Source: Camelus ferus
Lineage: Eukaryota
Assembly: GCF_009834535.1 (NCBI RefSeq)
Contig: NC_045697.1
Location: 6,264,001-6,328,000 of the forward strand
DNA length: 64,000 bases
Reading direction: 5' to 3'
Below the pieces are notes generated by a model. The model was not told the DNA's origin. It saw only the letters and a program-made list of their open reading frames with translations, and did not search any database. Of this stretch, positions 40,101 to 52,389 are shown piece after piece (the first letter of the stretch is position 1; every line of letters begins with the position of its first letter). The position numbers were made by a program, and so were the translations under genes.

Positions 40101-41810
40101 TTTAAGTGGACCACCCAGAGAGGTGTTACATTCTGCTATAGCCCTTCTCAAAGTAAAACATCTCATGAGACTTAGGAGCTTTCTTTCTCTGCCCCATTAG
40201 ATTGTTAAAGGATCACTTCATTTGGACCCCAGCCACTCACATAATGGCAAGGTAGCACTATTGATACATCATCCTTCTTTGTAGCTACTCTTAGCTGTTC
40301 TCTCCCTCTCTGCTGTGCCCTGTTGAAGGTTACTTGGTAACATCACCATTGTCTCTCTAGGGTTCTCTACAAAAGAGGATATGAAGAAATTTACACTTTT
40401 AGGTCTTGGTTGGTAGTTTGTTCTTGTAATCCTTCCTTGACCAAATGTAGCTCAGGACGAGCCTCCTTCTCTCCCCATTTTTGCAAGAATATAATGTAGA
40501 TGAGGAGAGGATATGACCGTGTTTTTGAAGAGACCAACTTCCCCCTTTCCATAAGAACAACCATCCTCCACTGAGGTAGAGTGAGGGACGTATACCTCCA
40601 CCTTAAATCTGATGACAGCTCTGTGGTGTTCTGCTTCCCAGTTGGACTTCTGCTTTGGCCCCTTTTAGTTAATCTGCCCTGTGCTACCTGATCCAGGAGA
40701 AGACTGTGGAGGTATCTGGACTGATGAAGGGTCCACAGAGGGCAGTCTGTATTCCCATTACTTCTCTTACAGGGGCCCATGAATCCCCAGGGTCACTTGA
40801 ATAAAGCCAGCTTATTCAAGTTGGGTACATAAGTGAGCTCTGCCAACTCTGGGGTTCTTATATGTAAGAATTAGTGATATCTGACCTTCAGAATCTTGTT
40901 CCTTGATTTTACTGAGACTGGTCACCTTGATATTTTGAAACACTCAGGATGGAAAGTTAATTCTCCCTTGTCATAGGAAAGCAAGATGATATCAGTTGGT
41001 CCTGGATAACCCCATAGGTCCACAGGTGGGCTCTCACTATTTAACTGTGCATTACCCAATATGGGTCATCAGGTGAAGGTGATCCTTCAGTTTGAAAAAT
41101 TACACATCATGTGATTAGTTCCCACTGCAGCCATTTTCAGAGCATTACACTTCAATGTGGTTTCAGTTCTCTTCTTTTTATCATTTTTGAGTGAAGCCTT
41201 CATGTTGACCTGAGCACCCCTACAGTGAGACAGTAGCACTTGAGATAGAGGCACCTTAAGTTTTACTGTCCATTTTAACATCGTTGCTCCCTCACATCTG
41301 GTCACATCTTACCTGTGCTAGTACTGGTATGACTTTAGCATTGTTACTGCCGTCTCATGAGGATCTCCCCTACAAATAGGACAGGGACGTTTTTCTGGGT
41401 GTAGTTTAAGTTGGTGTCCATGAATTGCTTTATGTTCCTGAGATTATCCTTTGCAGAGGCCATTTATATCGATGGTGGACCCAAATTTGAATGAAAATAA
41501 CATAGAGTAGTAAAGAGTACATTCTCTTTGCAGAAGGTAGAGTTTGTATGTGAAGGTAGAAAAGGACATACATCTCCTCACACTCACTCACTCACTGAAG
41601 TGGAGGTGAGAGATACTTATTCTTTAACTGAAATCCCTAGAGTAAGACCTTAAAAAAAAAGGAATGTCTGTAAGAAAGAATAAGGACTCTGTTGGTTTAT
41701 TCCCCAGGGGATTTCTTTCTTGGCCACCTTTTCTCCAAGCTTCCCTATGGCACCTAATCCAGATTCAGATCTAAATAGAGGGCCATGCTAAGGGAGGACT
41801 GTTCCTATAC
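37140..41810. repeat. Array modules b-d, subtype A copy 2 (37900-41000) and an extra right-end module (41300-41810)
   Basis: Anchors at 37250, 38311, 38900, 39007, 39560, 39942 and 40669; 41350-41460 matches 32465-32580. Confidence 0.85.
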
Positions 41811-44090
41811 TTTGATTTGTCTTGTTTCATTTCCTGTGATTTTCAAATTTTAGTCACAATGTCTCCATTCAACTGAAATATCTCACTACTGCGCTGTGCT
41901 AAAAAGATGGGAGTCCAGAGCATGTGTCACAGGGGAATCCAGCCTCTGCCAGAAATGCCCACCGATTCCAGAAGAACGCCAATGCTCCTGTGTTTTGCTT
42001 TTGAGAGGAAAGGTACAGAGCAGTCCGCCTGCTGCAAGGCTGTTCTGATTCCACAGCTGAGGTCTCTGACATCCATCTTCTTGTGATGGTGTCTCTTCCC
42101 CTCTCCTGAGAAGAGGTTTCTGATAGACCCCTAATCTCATTAGCCTGGCTCCCACTTCTACCTCGGCACTCTCTGCCAGAATCAAGAACTGTACCCTTCC
42201 AGTAACTGGGGGTTAATTTGCTTTCTTTCCAAATATATCCTTTCCCATTCAGGACTAGAACCCTTCTGTATTATCTAAAATTCAGTCTGACTTAGATACT
42301 GTAGATCTCTCACATAGTTTCATTGAAAATCCTTTACATTGTGTCTTAAATCGGGGTGAAATGGATGCTGATGTTTTAGGGTTTCATTCTTGTGTGAATG
42401 CCTTAAACATGTTGTTACTGTGTTTTCAGTAATTCACACTTTACTATATTCTTGTCCTCTAGGGGAGAATATGATCTAAAATTACCTTTTAAGTTTTGGA
42501 ACTTGTTCCTCTTCGTTCCTTGAGCTTCTAAGAACTGTCCACTTCTCTCTTACATAGGACCCACTTATATTTTTGTGGAGGAGTCTCAATTTTATTAAAC
42601 ACTCAGGGTCTATTACACAGGAAGTGATTATTATGGGCCCGGGTCAACTCGATCTTCTCCCCCAGGAACCCACCCATACTCATGGCTCTCAGGTCACAGG
42701 TGTTCTGCTGCCTGTGCCATGGGCTCCCTTTGCGGTGATGAAGGGCTGAGGTTCAGGGCCCAGGATGCCTGTGCTGTGTGCAGGGCTGACCCACTGGTGG
42801 ATCCTACCTCTGAAAAAGCACCTTTTCCCTCCTGCCCTGACGGTTTTGGGTTAAGCACCTGATCATTGCCTGGAGGTATTGATACACATGTGTCCTCTTA
42901 ATGGAATGATCCTTGGTTCCCTTGTTGGTGTGAGGGTGTAAAGGAGAGAAGAAGAGAGTGTGACGCATGAACAACATTCTCTGTGGATCTTCTTGGGATA
43001 CTTGCAATTCTGTAGGTGCTTGGCCACCAGACAGGACTCATAGAAGATGCTACTCACCACTTCTCATCTTCCCCAACTGGGAAGTTTCTCCCTGAGCTGA
43101 CTTTTCTAGAAGAAAGTCGGCTGCATCATGAAATTATCAGAAAGCCTTATCCTGTGGTTCCTAAAGTGAAAGATGTCTCAGCATTTCCCGATTTTCCCAG
43201 GATCAGCCACGTCTCAGGAGCGACTAGATCAGGAGTTCAAAGCTGGATATTTGTTTTTCTTCTTTAGTCCTTGCAATAGCCTAGCCATTGATGCTGAAGA
43301 GTACTTTTCCTTCTGTATTGGATAAGTTACCCCTGACTTCTCAGTTACATCGTCTGAATATATAAAATCTTTCTCCATTAGCTTGGAGATGTGTATCCAT
43401 GTGTACTTCCTACAGCATCTTACCTAGGGGACTCTTCACTGGCATGTCGTTACTCCTCATGAAGTCTTGTCATAACCTCAGAATGTGTGAATGAGCCGCC
43501 TAAAAGTAGTAAGTTCCATAGGTTAGTGCTTGAGTTGCCTGCTTAGTGCCTTGGAGGGGACACTGGGCAGAAATGCCAGAAGGTCCTGAACCACCCTCTA
43601 CTTTGCATTGTGGGGACCTCTTTGGAGAATGGCGAGATGAGTGAAATGAAACCATCTGTGTCTAGGCAGAAGTACCTCTGTTCCTTCCGTCATTCAGGGC
43701 AGTGACAAACCGAGGGAGGGGTTATGGAAGCGGGATGAGAAGAGCAAAAATTTAAACAAAACAAAACAAAATCATTTACCATTGCTCATACCTCAGGATA
43801 TATCTTTATATGCTCAACAATATTCTTTAGAGGGTCAAAATCTCCGGTGGTGATTTTTTTAGATTATGACTTTATTAGTCTTCCTTTCATGGTCCTAGCT
43901 GTCTCTCTATACCATTGTCTGAGTGAAGATTGAAAGTATGTTTCACGTGGCCTTTTTCCTTATTTTGGGATTAACTGTTGTCTTATTCTTGGTATTTTGA
44001 AATTTTACAGCAACACAAATTGAAACTATTTTTTACCTTGGTGTTGAATACTCAATGCACCTCACTTTTAGAGTATTCTTGAAATATTTT
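41810..44090. repeat. Array modules b-e (paralog 44610-45400), p and q/m (paralog 51160-52340)
   Basis: catcttcttgtgatggtgtct...ctctcctgagaagag at 42101 and 44884; tgtcataacctcagaa at ~43468 and ~51625. Confidence 0.85.
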
Positions 44091-44609
44091 TAATTTTCTT
44101 TGCCTTTTTCTTTAATAGCTGGAGTTTTTCTCAATCTAATTGTAGATTAGATTACGATTAGATCTAACTGTAGATCTCCTTTACAAAGACTTTCTTTCTT
44201 TTGTGGTCTCATTGCTGTCATCCAATATCCTCTTTACTGTCTAGGGTAGATGTGCGATCCCTTATGGGAATGGTGGAGCAGACGTAGAGGAGTGTGTCTT
44301 GCTGGTGCGTTTTCTAAGACATGTCCCACTGGACTAAGATATCCCAGCAATGGTTTACTCTCCTACAACGGACATTTGAAGGGAGAAGGTGGTATTAAAG
44401 GACATAATCTTCTACCTCTGAGACCAAGATCAGGGACCTGTCATTGAATGTATCTGTCTGTCCCTACAGACCACCCACTCTCATATGACCTGGAATGTAT
44501 AGTCCTCAGTCACTGGCCACATAGGTAGGATGGTTGGTGGTTCAGAGTTAGCCTGCGAATAGCCACATCAGGAAAGAAGGCTCTTGGTTTGCCAAGAAAG
44601 GTAGGGAGA

Positions 44610-46180
44610 GTTGCCTTGTTTCTTTCCTTCAAATCTTAAATTTTAGACATAATGTCTCCTTTTAGGTAAAATATGATCTCACTGCTGTATTGTGTTGAAA
44701 ACAGATTCTACAGGATGTCCAAGCAACCCAGCCTCTGCAGGCATCTTCACCTATTCCAGGAGAATGCCAGTGCTCCCAGGTTTTCCACTCAGCAGGAAAG
44801 GTACAGATTAGTCCTACTGCAGCAAGGCTATTCAGATTTCGAGGCTTATGTCTCTTCATCTTCTTGTGATGGTGTCTTTTTCCCTCTCCTGAGAAGAGAT
44901 TCCTTACAGACTCATCTCATCCAGACTTATCCTCACCTTGCCTCTCAGTTGTCTGCCAGGAACAAATACCTTAGAATTCTGATTCCTGGAGATTCATCTG
45001 CTTTCACTGTATTCTATGGATAGTTTTCCTTTCTTTCCAAATATATATTTTTCCAGCCAAGAATATAACACTGTTATCTAAAATTCAAGTGTGACAAGAA
45101 GGTAATGTTTTCCAAAAATTGACACTGTAGACTTCTGCAAATTTCTTTTCTACATTACAGAGGATTGATGCTGAAGTTTATGGTTTTCATTCATGTATGA
45201 ATATTTTAATGTCGGTTACTTCTTTTCTAACAGTATAAAATTTATTATATTTGTATAATTTAAAGGAGACTATGATCTACAGTTGTTACCTTTTAGTTTG
45301 GTAAATGGTTCTTTCCAGCTCTTGAGTTTTTAAGTATGTTCACCTCTCTCTTGAAGATTGATCACTTTATGCTCTCTGTGGAGCAAAGTGCTTAAATTCC
45401 ATTCTGTCATTTATTTAGCCAGTGAATTCTAATGAAGCCTGGCCTGGAGAGAACTGCTTTCTCATTTGAAACTCCCAGGACTCACTCAGAAGCAGGAGTG
45501 AGGTGTTTGAAACCCTTGTCCTGCTGCCTTCTTTGCCTTGTCTAACCCCAGGTCACGGTGGTTTACACGCCGTGCTAGTGGATCAAGGTGAAAGCTGCTA
45601 AGGCTTTTACTTTCCCACAGTATTCTGTGAAGGTTTTTTTTTTTTATTTTCATCCCACTAGTCCCCCATGTCACAGTCTAGGACATCCTTTGTCAGCCCG
45701 ATTCTCTTGTTTCCTTCTGTCAAAGATGGGGTTGTTCCCACCCAGAGTATTTAAGATTGGCCAGGGTGTTTTCTGACCTTCTGAATATTTAGGAGATTTT
45801 AGCTCTGGTTTATTCCCCCAGACAAGTCTACAAGATGCTTATTCCATGGAGAGTGTGTAATGGGATTCTGGGCCACTTCTATCTTCATCCAAGGCTGGGA
45901 CATCTGGACCCTCCCTTCTCTGGTCTTCATTGCACTGTCACATGATCCTTCTTTCAATGTCTTCTTCTTGGTACTAAGTTCAGTATCTTAAAGGAGTGAA
46001 ACCCTCAGGGTCTCTCTGATCTGTGGGTTCCTTTTTCCATTGGTTGTGGTTACTTGCCTGAGAATACAGGTCCATAGGTATTTGAACCACATGTCAAGGA
46101 CCATAAAGGATACCCAGAACCCCAAAACCCAAAAGTCTGTACTTCCCCATCCTGTGCTGTGGGGACCCCTGAGTTGACAA
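44610..46180. repeat. Array modules b-f copy
   Basis: Anchors at 44884, 45424 and 45981; gtccataggtatttgaaccac shared with ~37775 and ~51672. Confidence 0.8.
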
Positions 46181-46799
46181 TTTGTGTTCATCTCCATCAC
46201 TTAGTTGTCAAAAGATAGTAGCAAGGAACAGGGACAATTATACTGATGGTAGAAACTTTAAAAGTTAAGTGTTCTCAACAACTGAGATCCTGGCTTTCTT
46301 CTGTTTGCTCAAAGCCATGGGGTCAGACTCAGTTCATTTCAGGTTGACTGAGCCAAGACCCTCATGGAGCCCTGCCATGGACACCCCTCCAAACCCCAGA
46401 AGATCCAGAGGATGTGTGCACCCACATCTGAATGGATCCCTTGCACCCACATTCAGTGTACAAAGTGATGTCCCCAGGGACAGGCACACGTAGCTGTGAT
46501 TCTGGTCGCTACAGGTGATACACCTGCACGAAGTGAGCGCTGTGCCTACCTGGATGAAAGCCCTTTAGCATTACTGGATTCATGACTGCCCGGCTGAGCT
46601 GATGGCCATTGGTCCATGTGGAGAGAACTATCAAGCTGATTCAGTATTTTAAGGATTTTTCAACAGAATTAGATGTACCATTCTACATTAAAAGGTACCA
46701 CAGTATCATGGGCTTAAAATATCCAGATTTTGCCACTTCTGGCAACACAGGCTTAATCTCATGGGGCCACGTGAATGAATGCTTGCAGTTAAGAGGCTG

Positions 46800-49395
46800 A
46801 TGGAGCATCCAGGTGGGTCCTGACATAGTCGCTGCCCAGCTCCCACAGAGCAGCTCTGTCCTGAGAAGCTCTTCCAGTTTCACCTCAACATGGTTATTTC
46901 TTCAGATTGTTCCAGTGAGCAGAATCATTAACAGCCTGGAGCTGGAGAAATTCTCAGCAGCCCAATGGCAGAGATTGGGTCCAGTTTGAACTGAGGTCCA
47001 GTCCTGACCTCACTCCTCCCTCTGACCTTCATTTCTACCTGGTTTGGGAAATAACTGTATATGGAGAGACCTGAAATCTAACCCTTCTTTTATGATTAGA
47101 CAAGGAATAGCTGCCTTGCCAGTTTTCGCAGAGCTAGGACATCACCCTAATTCTCACATGACCCCTGCTTACCGGACACATCCAAGGCAAAGTGAGCTCT
47201 AAGAACTGAGTGTTCCTACTTCTGCCTTGTAGACTCCAGAGAGAAGGGGACGCTGCTCCCTGATGCCTGGGAGCTGACATGTCGTCAGTGCAGCTGGACC
47301 CCCTACAAATGCATCAGCTCTGTCTCTGATGCTGCTTCTTTCCCCTGGACTGTTGAGCAGAGCACTTAAACCCCTGGAATCATAGCTGACCTTGTAAGCA
47401 GCAGGTCATTCTTCCAGGTGACAGATTTAAACCTACGCTGGCTGTTCTTAGGAATAGTCACTGGTAGGTGCTGCATCTTAGAAACTTACCCAGAGGAGCT
47501 GAAGGCCAGAATGCAGGAGCACAGACTGGAAGCTTCTGCCTTTCTTTCTTGAACTGACTGAAGTGTGTCCCAGGAAGTCTGGGAACAGCACTGATCAGTC
47601 AACACCAGCACCTTCTCCTGTGAGCAGGTGGGGCTCAGTGTGCTCCAATCCATTGGACAGGATGCTGAGTCAAATCCCATTGTATTAGGGACAGAATCCT
47701 GGGCCTGCCAGGCCAGTGGAACATAGTGGGAGGCAGCTCTGCCTTCTGTGGTGTGCAGACAGCAGCTGGTTTTGCTTTTCAGATCTTAGCCTCTTTAGGT
47801 TTATATTTGATGTATTTTTGGTGAGTTGGTTCAGAGAGATTTTATGATGACTGCACTAGGGTGAGGATACAGAGCTGGTTCTCAGAAAAAAAAATGCAAC
47901 TTTGGTTGTCAGGGAAAAGATTCATTTAGAGAAATTTTCTGATATTCTTTACTCACTGGAATAATTTGCACTTTGTATATTTGTCTGAACTCCTGGAGAA
48001 TCCAGAAGGGAGTTATAGCAGAGAATAATTTGTGGGAAGATTTTTAAAGTTCACTTAGTTTCTGTTATAAGAAGCTTGGATATTCAAAGTCTTTTTCTTA
48101 AGGTTGAATAATGTAAGTTTTTCAAGACACTTATGCCTCTAGATTTCAAGTGTAAATGAAGACTGTTCATAAGACACTTTCAACACTATAGTTTGGGATG
48201 CTAAAAGCAAATGTCGGTATTTTAATGACTTTTCTTTTGATCAGGGCAGCCAGGGAGAGAATAGTGAACAACTTGAAATATAAAGTAAGCCCCAGTGAGT
48301 CAGTATGCATTTTCCCGACCACAGGATCTGAGGTGAGAACTTGACATATGCTGTGTTAATTTCCAATTGCTCCTGTAACAGACAACTATTGAGTTTAGTT
48401 TGGGTGCTTTTCATTGAGCAAAGCTCAACCTGGGGTAAATTGGAAGCCAGGGAATAATCTGGTTTCTGCAATTGATACGAAATCACCTGAAGGCTGTGAT
48501 AAATTTGGGTAACATGACGCTTAAAGGGAAGAGAAAAAAAATGTGGGTAATGGGGAAAGACCTGAAAAAATTCTTACAGAAGAAGGTAAATCTCTGAGCT
48601 CTGGTATTCCTAAAATCAAGTGTGTCTATTAAAGGTGTTTGGAAGTGTCATCCTGTTGATCAGTCCCATGTCAGGATTGGCATAGCTGTGTCTGCGCCAT
48701 CCTGAACATTGGTCCAGCTCCTCTCAGGTGGGACATTGAAGAAGAGAAATTACCTAGGGTGCTGGGATCATCTTTCTTGGGGAAGGGAGACCCAACAAAG
48801 TTCAGAGAGCCCCAGACATGTCCACGGGTCATCCTGAGGTAGAGGGTCCAGCGATGAATTCCAAATAGAAGCATCAGCCTCTCCAGGTACCAGAAGGCTC
48901 AGTCTATCGGGGTTATAAGCACTGGAAATTCCAGGACCAACAGAGTGCATGTTGCCAGCAGGGCTTTTCCGTGGGACCACCCCGTCCTCCGCTGGAGCAG
49001 CCTGGTGCTGCCTCTGACGGCCGCTGCTGAATTTCACGCCAGTGCTTTCACCACTCGCTGCAGCAGTGTTTCAGTTACTGGCTGATGAAGATGGAGAGCT
49101 GAAACCATTTCTCCAGGCAGTCTAATCTGGGTAGGTGGGTTGGCTGAACACAGCTTTCAAGACTTTCAGTAAAGGCTGTGTGGCCCAGCTGGGCACATTT
49201 TGGCTCTGTTTTCTAACTCTCCTTTTGGAGCGCAGCAGTTCAATCAGCAAGCTCCCTTCTAAATTCATCCTCCTTAACCAGTCTCATGTGGCCTTAGAAG
49301 TTCCCGCTTTCTTGAATCCCATATCTTGCCCCAGTTCCTCTCCCTTAAAGAGCAGAAAGCGTGGTTTTCACCACGTCCCTGGCTAAGTAAAGATG
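46800..49395. repeat. Array module r copy 2 and module s (s paralog 60330-61060)
   Basis: gctgggatcatctt, catcctgaggt, gaattccaaa, ccaggacc and gcagaaagcgtggtttt are shared with 60360-61030. Confidence 0.85.
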
Positions 49396-49414
49396 GCATT
49401 GGCAGGAAACACCT

Positions 49415-49935
49415 GCCGTGTTAGGCAGGATTTTAGGATGGCCCCACAGCCTTTTCCCTCTGTAGATGGCTGTAATCAGGTAACCTTGTATGGCAAGGGT
49501 GATGGATTTTTCCAGGTGTAAACAGGGTCCCAAATCAGGTGACTAAGTTGTCAATAGGGAAATATCTTGTGAGGCCCTGGCTTATTTAGAAGTTCTTTGA
49601 AAGCCACTTGGTTTTCCCTGAGGGCAGAGATTCCAGGGTCTACCAAGATTCTCCCGCTCCTTCACCCCACCCCCCAGCCAACCCCTTTGATCAACGTGAC
49701 AGTCACAGGGAAAGGGACACTGCCAACAACTGAGGGATCTTGGAAGTGGATTCTTGCCGAGTCGAGCTTCCAGCTGGAAAAGTAGCCCAGCTGTGACCTG
49801 TTTGTCTCTTGTGAGACCCTGAAGAGATGCCAGTGAAGCTGTGCCCAGAATCCGAGCTATTGTCTTCATAAGACAACAAACAGGCATTGTTTTTAGCCAC
49901 TCAGGTGGTAACTTGTAACAGAGCAGCAGACTGTT
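49415..49935 (+). mobile_element. MaLR LTR (MLT1E-like)
   Basis: ggcaggattttaggatggcccc start; ttgttttagccact...ggtaacttgtaacag end. The same 5' stub occurs at ~61068. Confidence 0.65.
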
Positions 49936-50199
49936 GCACCCTTTGCTAAAGCCCTGCTCAGCCTGATCTGCTCCAGGGTTTCCAGAGCTATGGATGCTGT
50001 GCAGAGTGAGCCTGGTGGAGCTACCGTCATGTCTGTGCCTGCAACCGCACAAGGAACACTTCCCCGGCGTGCAGCCACTCATACGATGACAAGGTAGTCG
50101 TGTTTTCCTCTAACGTTGGTGTAGCTGCTCTTCCTCTCCAGTTTTCATTCTGTCTGCTCTTCATTGTCGAGATTACCCTGGTGGCATCTCTCGTCTTAT

Positions 50200-52340
50200 T
50201 AGGGTGTTCCTTGAAATAGGATATGAAGAATTCTATGCTTTCAGCTCCTCACTGGTTGATGGTGCTCGGAATCCTTGCTTGTCAGAGCTTACGATTACTC
50301 TTTCTACCTTCCCCCGTCTTGCTGAATATAAGGTACATGAGGAGAAACATTTGTCTTTGCAGAAGAGAGTGTTTGTGAAGAGACCTCTTTCCTGGTGTAC
50401 ATGAGCACAGTCATCACACAGCGAGGGAAAAAACTGGCTGTATGCCTCCGCCCTACGTCTGACGAGTCTGTGCTGTTTTGCAACCCGGGTGGACGTCTGC
50501 TTTGGCCTTCTGTAGTTAATCTGCCCTGTGCAGCCTGATCAGGAGGAGGATATGTGGGTAGGTGCCTGGAGGAGGAGGCTGCAGCTGAGCCTGCATTCCT
50601 GTGCCTTGTCTTACAGGGACCTACGAATGCCAGGGCAATCTGAATAATGCTAATTCTCTTGTTCTTGGTGTGTCAGAAGGGATCCTTTCCATCTAAGAGT
50701 ATTTATGAAGATCCAGATGAGACTTTACACTTTTTCAACGTCCTGGAAGAGTTTAGCTCCGATTTATTCCTAGACCCGCCCCCTGGATGTTGGTTACATG
50801 GTAGTATTTATCATGAGCCTGGACCACTCAGGTCTTTCCCCAAGGCTCATACTCCCTGAGCTCTCGGATAGCTGCCTCTTCAGTCATTGAAAGCCGATCC
50901 TGTGACAGTGCCGTCTTCCTTGGCGTAAGATCAGTATCCTAATGTCATGGTGCCTCCATGTGGCAGCCTTCCGTGGCCTGCGGGTTTCATTTTGGCATTG
51001 GTTTTGTTACGTGTGACGTAAAAACGTATTTGGGGGAATGAGATCAACACAGAACATGTGTCAGATTGTTGTCCTGCTGAAGAGTGGTCCACCCAGGTTG
51101 AGTGTAAAACCTAGGGGAACTTTTGCTTGATGACATTCTTTGATACTCACACAGTTCTGTAGGCTACTGGCCTCCAGACAACAATCTCATGCCAATTTCT
51201 CACCTTTTGTGATCAGCTTCCCCGTGCTGCCTTCTCCAGAAGCAATATGTGACTGTTTTGATAATTTTCCCCAAAAGCCTTACCCTGTAGTTCTCCCTGT
51301 GTAAAGGCTTGTCTTAGGTGAGAAAGTGAGATATGTTTCAGCGTTTCTTGATCCTCCCCAGAGTCAGCGACATTTCAGGAATGACTCAATCAGGAACTTA
51401 ACGCTGGGCATTCTCAACTTTTCTTTAGTCCTCTCCATGGCCATTAATCTCAGAGTATATTTTGGGTCTACATGATTTGATAAATCAGCCCTGATTTCTC
51501 AGTCATATATCAGCATCTGCAAGTCAATTGAGAAAGAAGACATACATTCAGACAGTGTATTTCCTTAAGCATAACATACAGTTGGAACTTTTCACTTGCT
51601 TCTTGCTATGCTTATGAAGCCTTCTGTCATAACCTCAGAAAGTACAAGTGAGTTGCCCAAGAGTTGCAAGGTCCATAGGTGTTTGAATCACTTGCCTAGT
51701 GCCCTGGAGGCAGACCCTGGACCCAAATTTCTAAGGAACTGAATCATCCTTTAATTTGCACTGTGGGGGCCTCTTTGGAGAAGCAGGAGGTGAGTGAAAA
51801 TGGAAACATGAAAACATTCTCAAGACAGAATTATCTTTGCGTTTCTTCTGCAATCACTTAGGGCAGTAACAACCCAAGAGGTTATGAAAGAGCTGCTTCC
51901 TAAAATTTTAGCTTCAAAACTTCCCTCTCCTTTTGATGCTATGGCACCTGTAGGATTTCAGATCTGACTCAGGAATCCTTGATAGGGAAAGGCATTTCAA
52001 AAGTCCATTTTCCAGCTGCTTCCTTTGGGTAAACAATAATTCACCATTGCTGACAACCCCATGGATGTATTTTTTAAATGCTCAACCTTATTCTTTACAG
52101 AGTCAAAATCTCAAGTGGTTATGATGTTAGGAGGCTATGTCCTTAGAATCTTCCTTGGATGGTCCTAGCATTCTTTCTGTATCATCTCTGAGTGATGATT
52201 GAATGTATGTTTTACGTGGCCTCTAAAGAAAGTCATTTCAGGGTTAACTATTTTATTGGTGTACTACAGCAATGCAGATTTGAAGCGTTTTCCCCTTGGT
52301 GTTGAATGCTCATGCTCCTCACTTTTCATACTTGTCTTAA
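50200..52340. repeat. Shuffled array modules (l, f-g, q/m)
   Basis: ttaatctgccctgtgc 50516 (=40669); cagtatcctaatgt 50932; ggtccacccaggttg ~51086; 51160-52340 matches 43010-44090. Confidence 0.8.
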
Positions 52341-52389
52341 CACAAGTGAGTTCTCTTAGGGGAACCAGCGCTGACTTTCCCTGTTGGTC

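Noticed and set aside
35116..43000. Mononegavirus L motifs (VRSLLH(T)RLMVS near 35.15 kb; SGSALH near 28.13 and 42.79 kb)
   Set aside because: Only 5-8 residue resemblance; no flanking similarity and no GDNQ-type polymerase motif seen.
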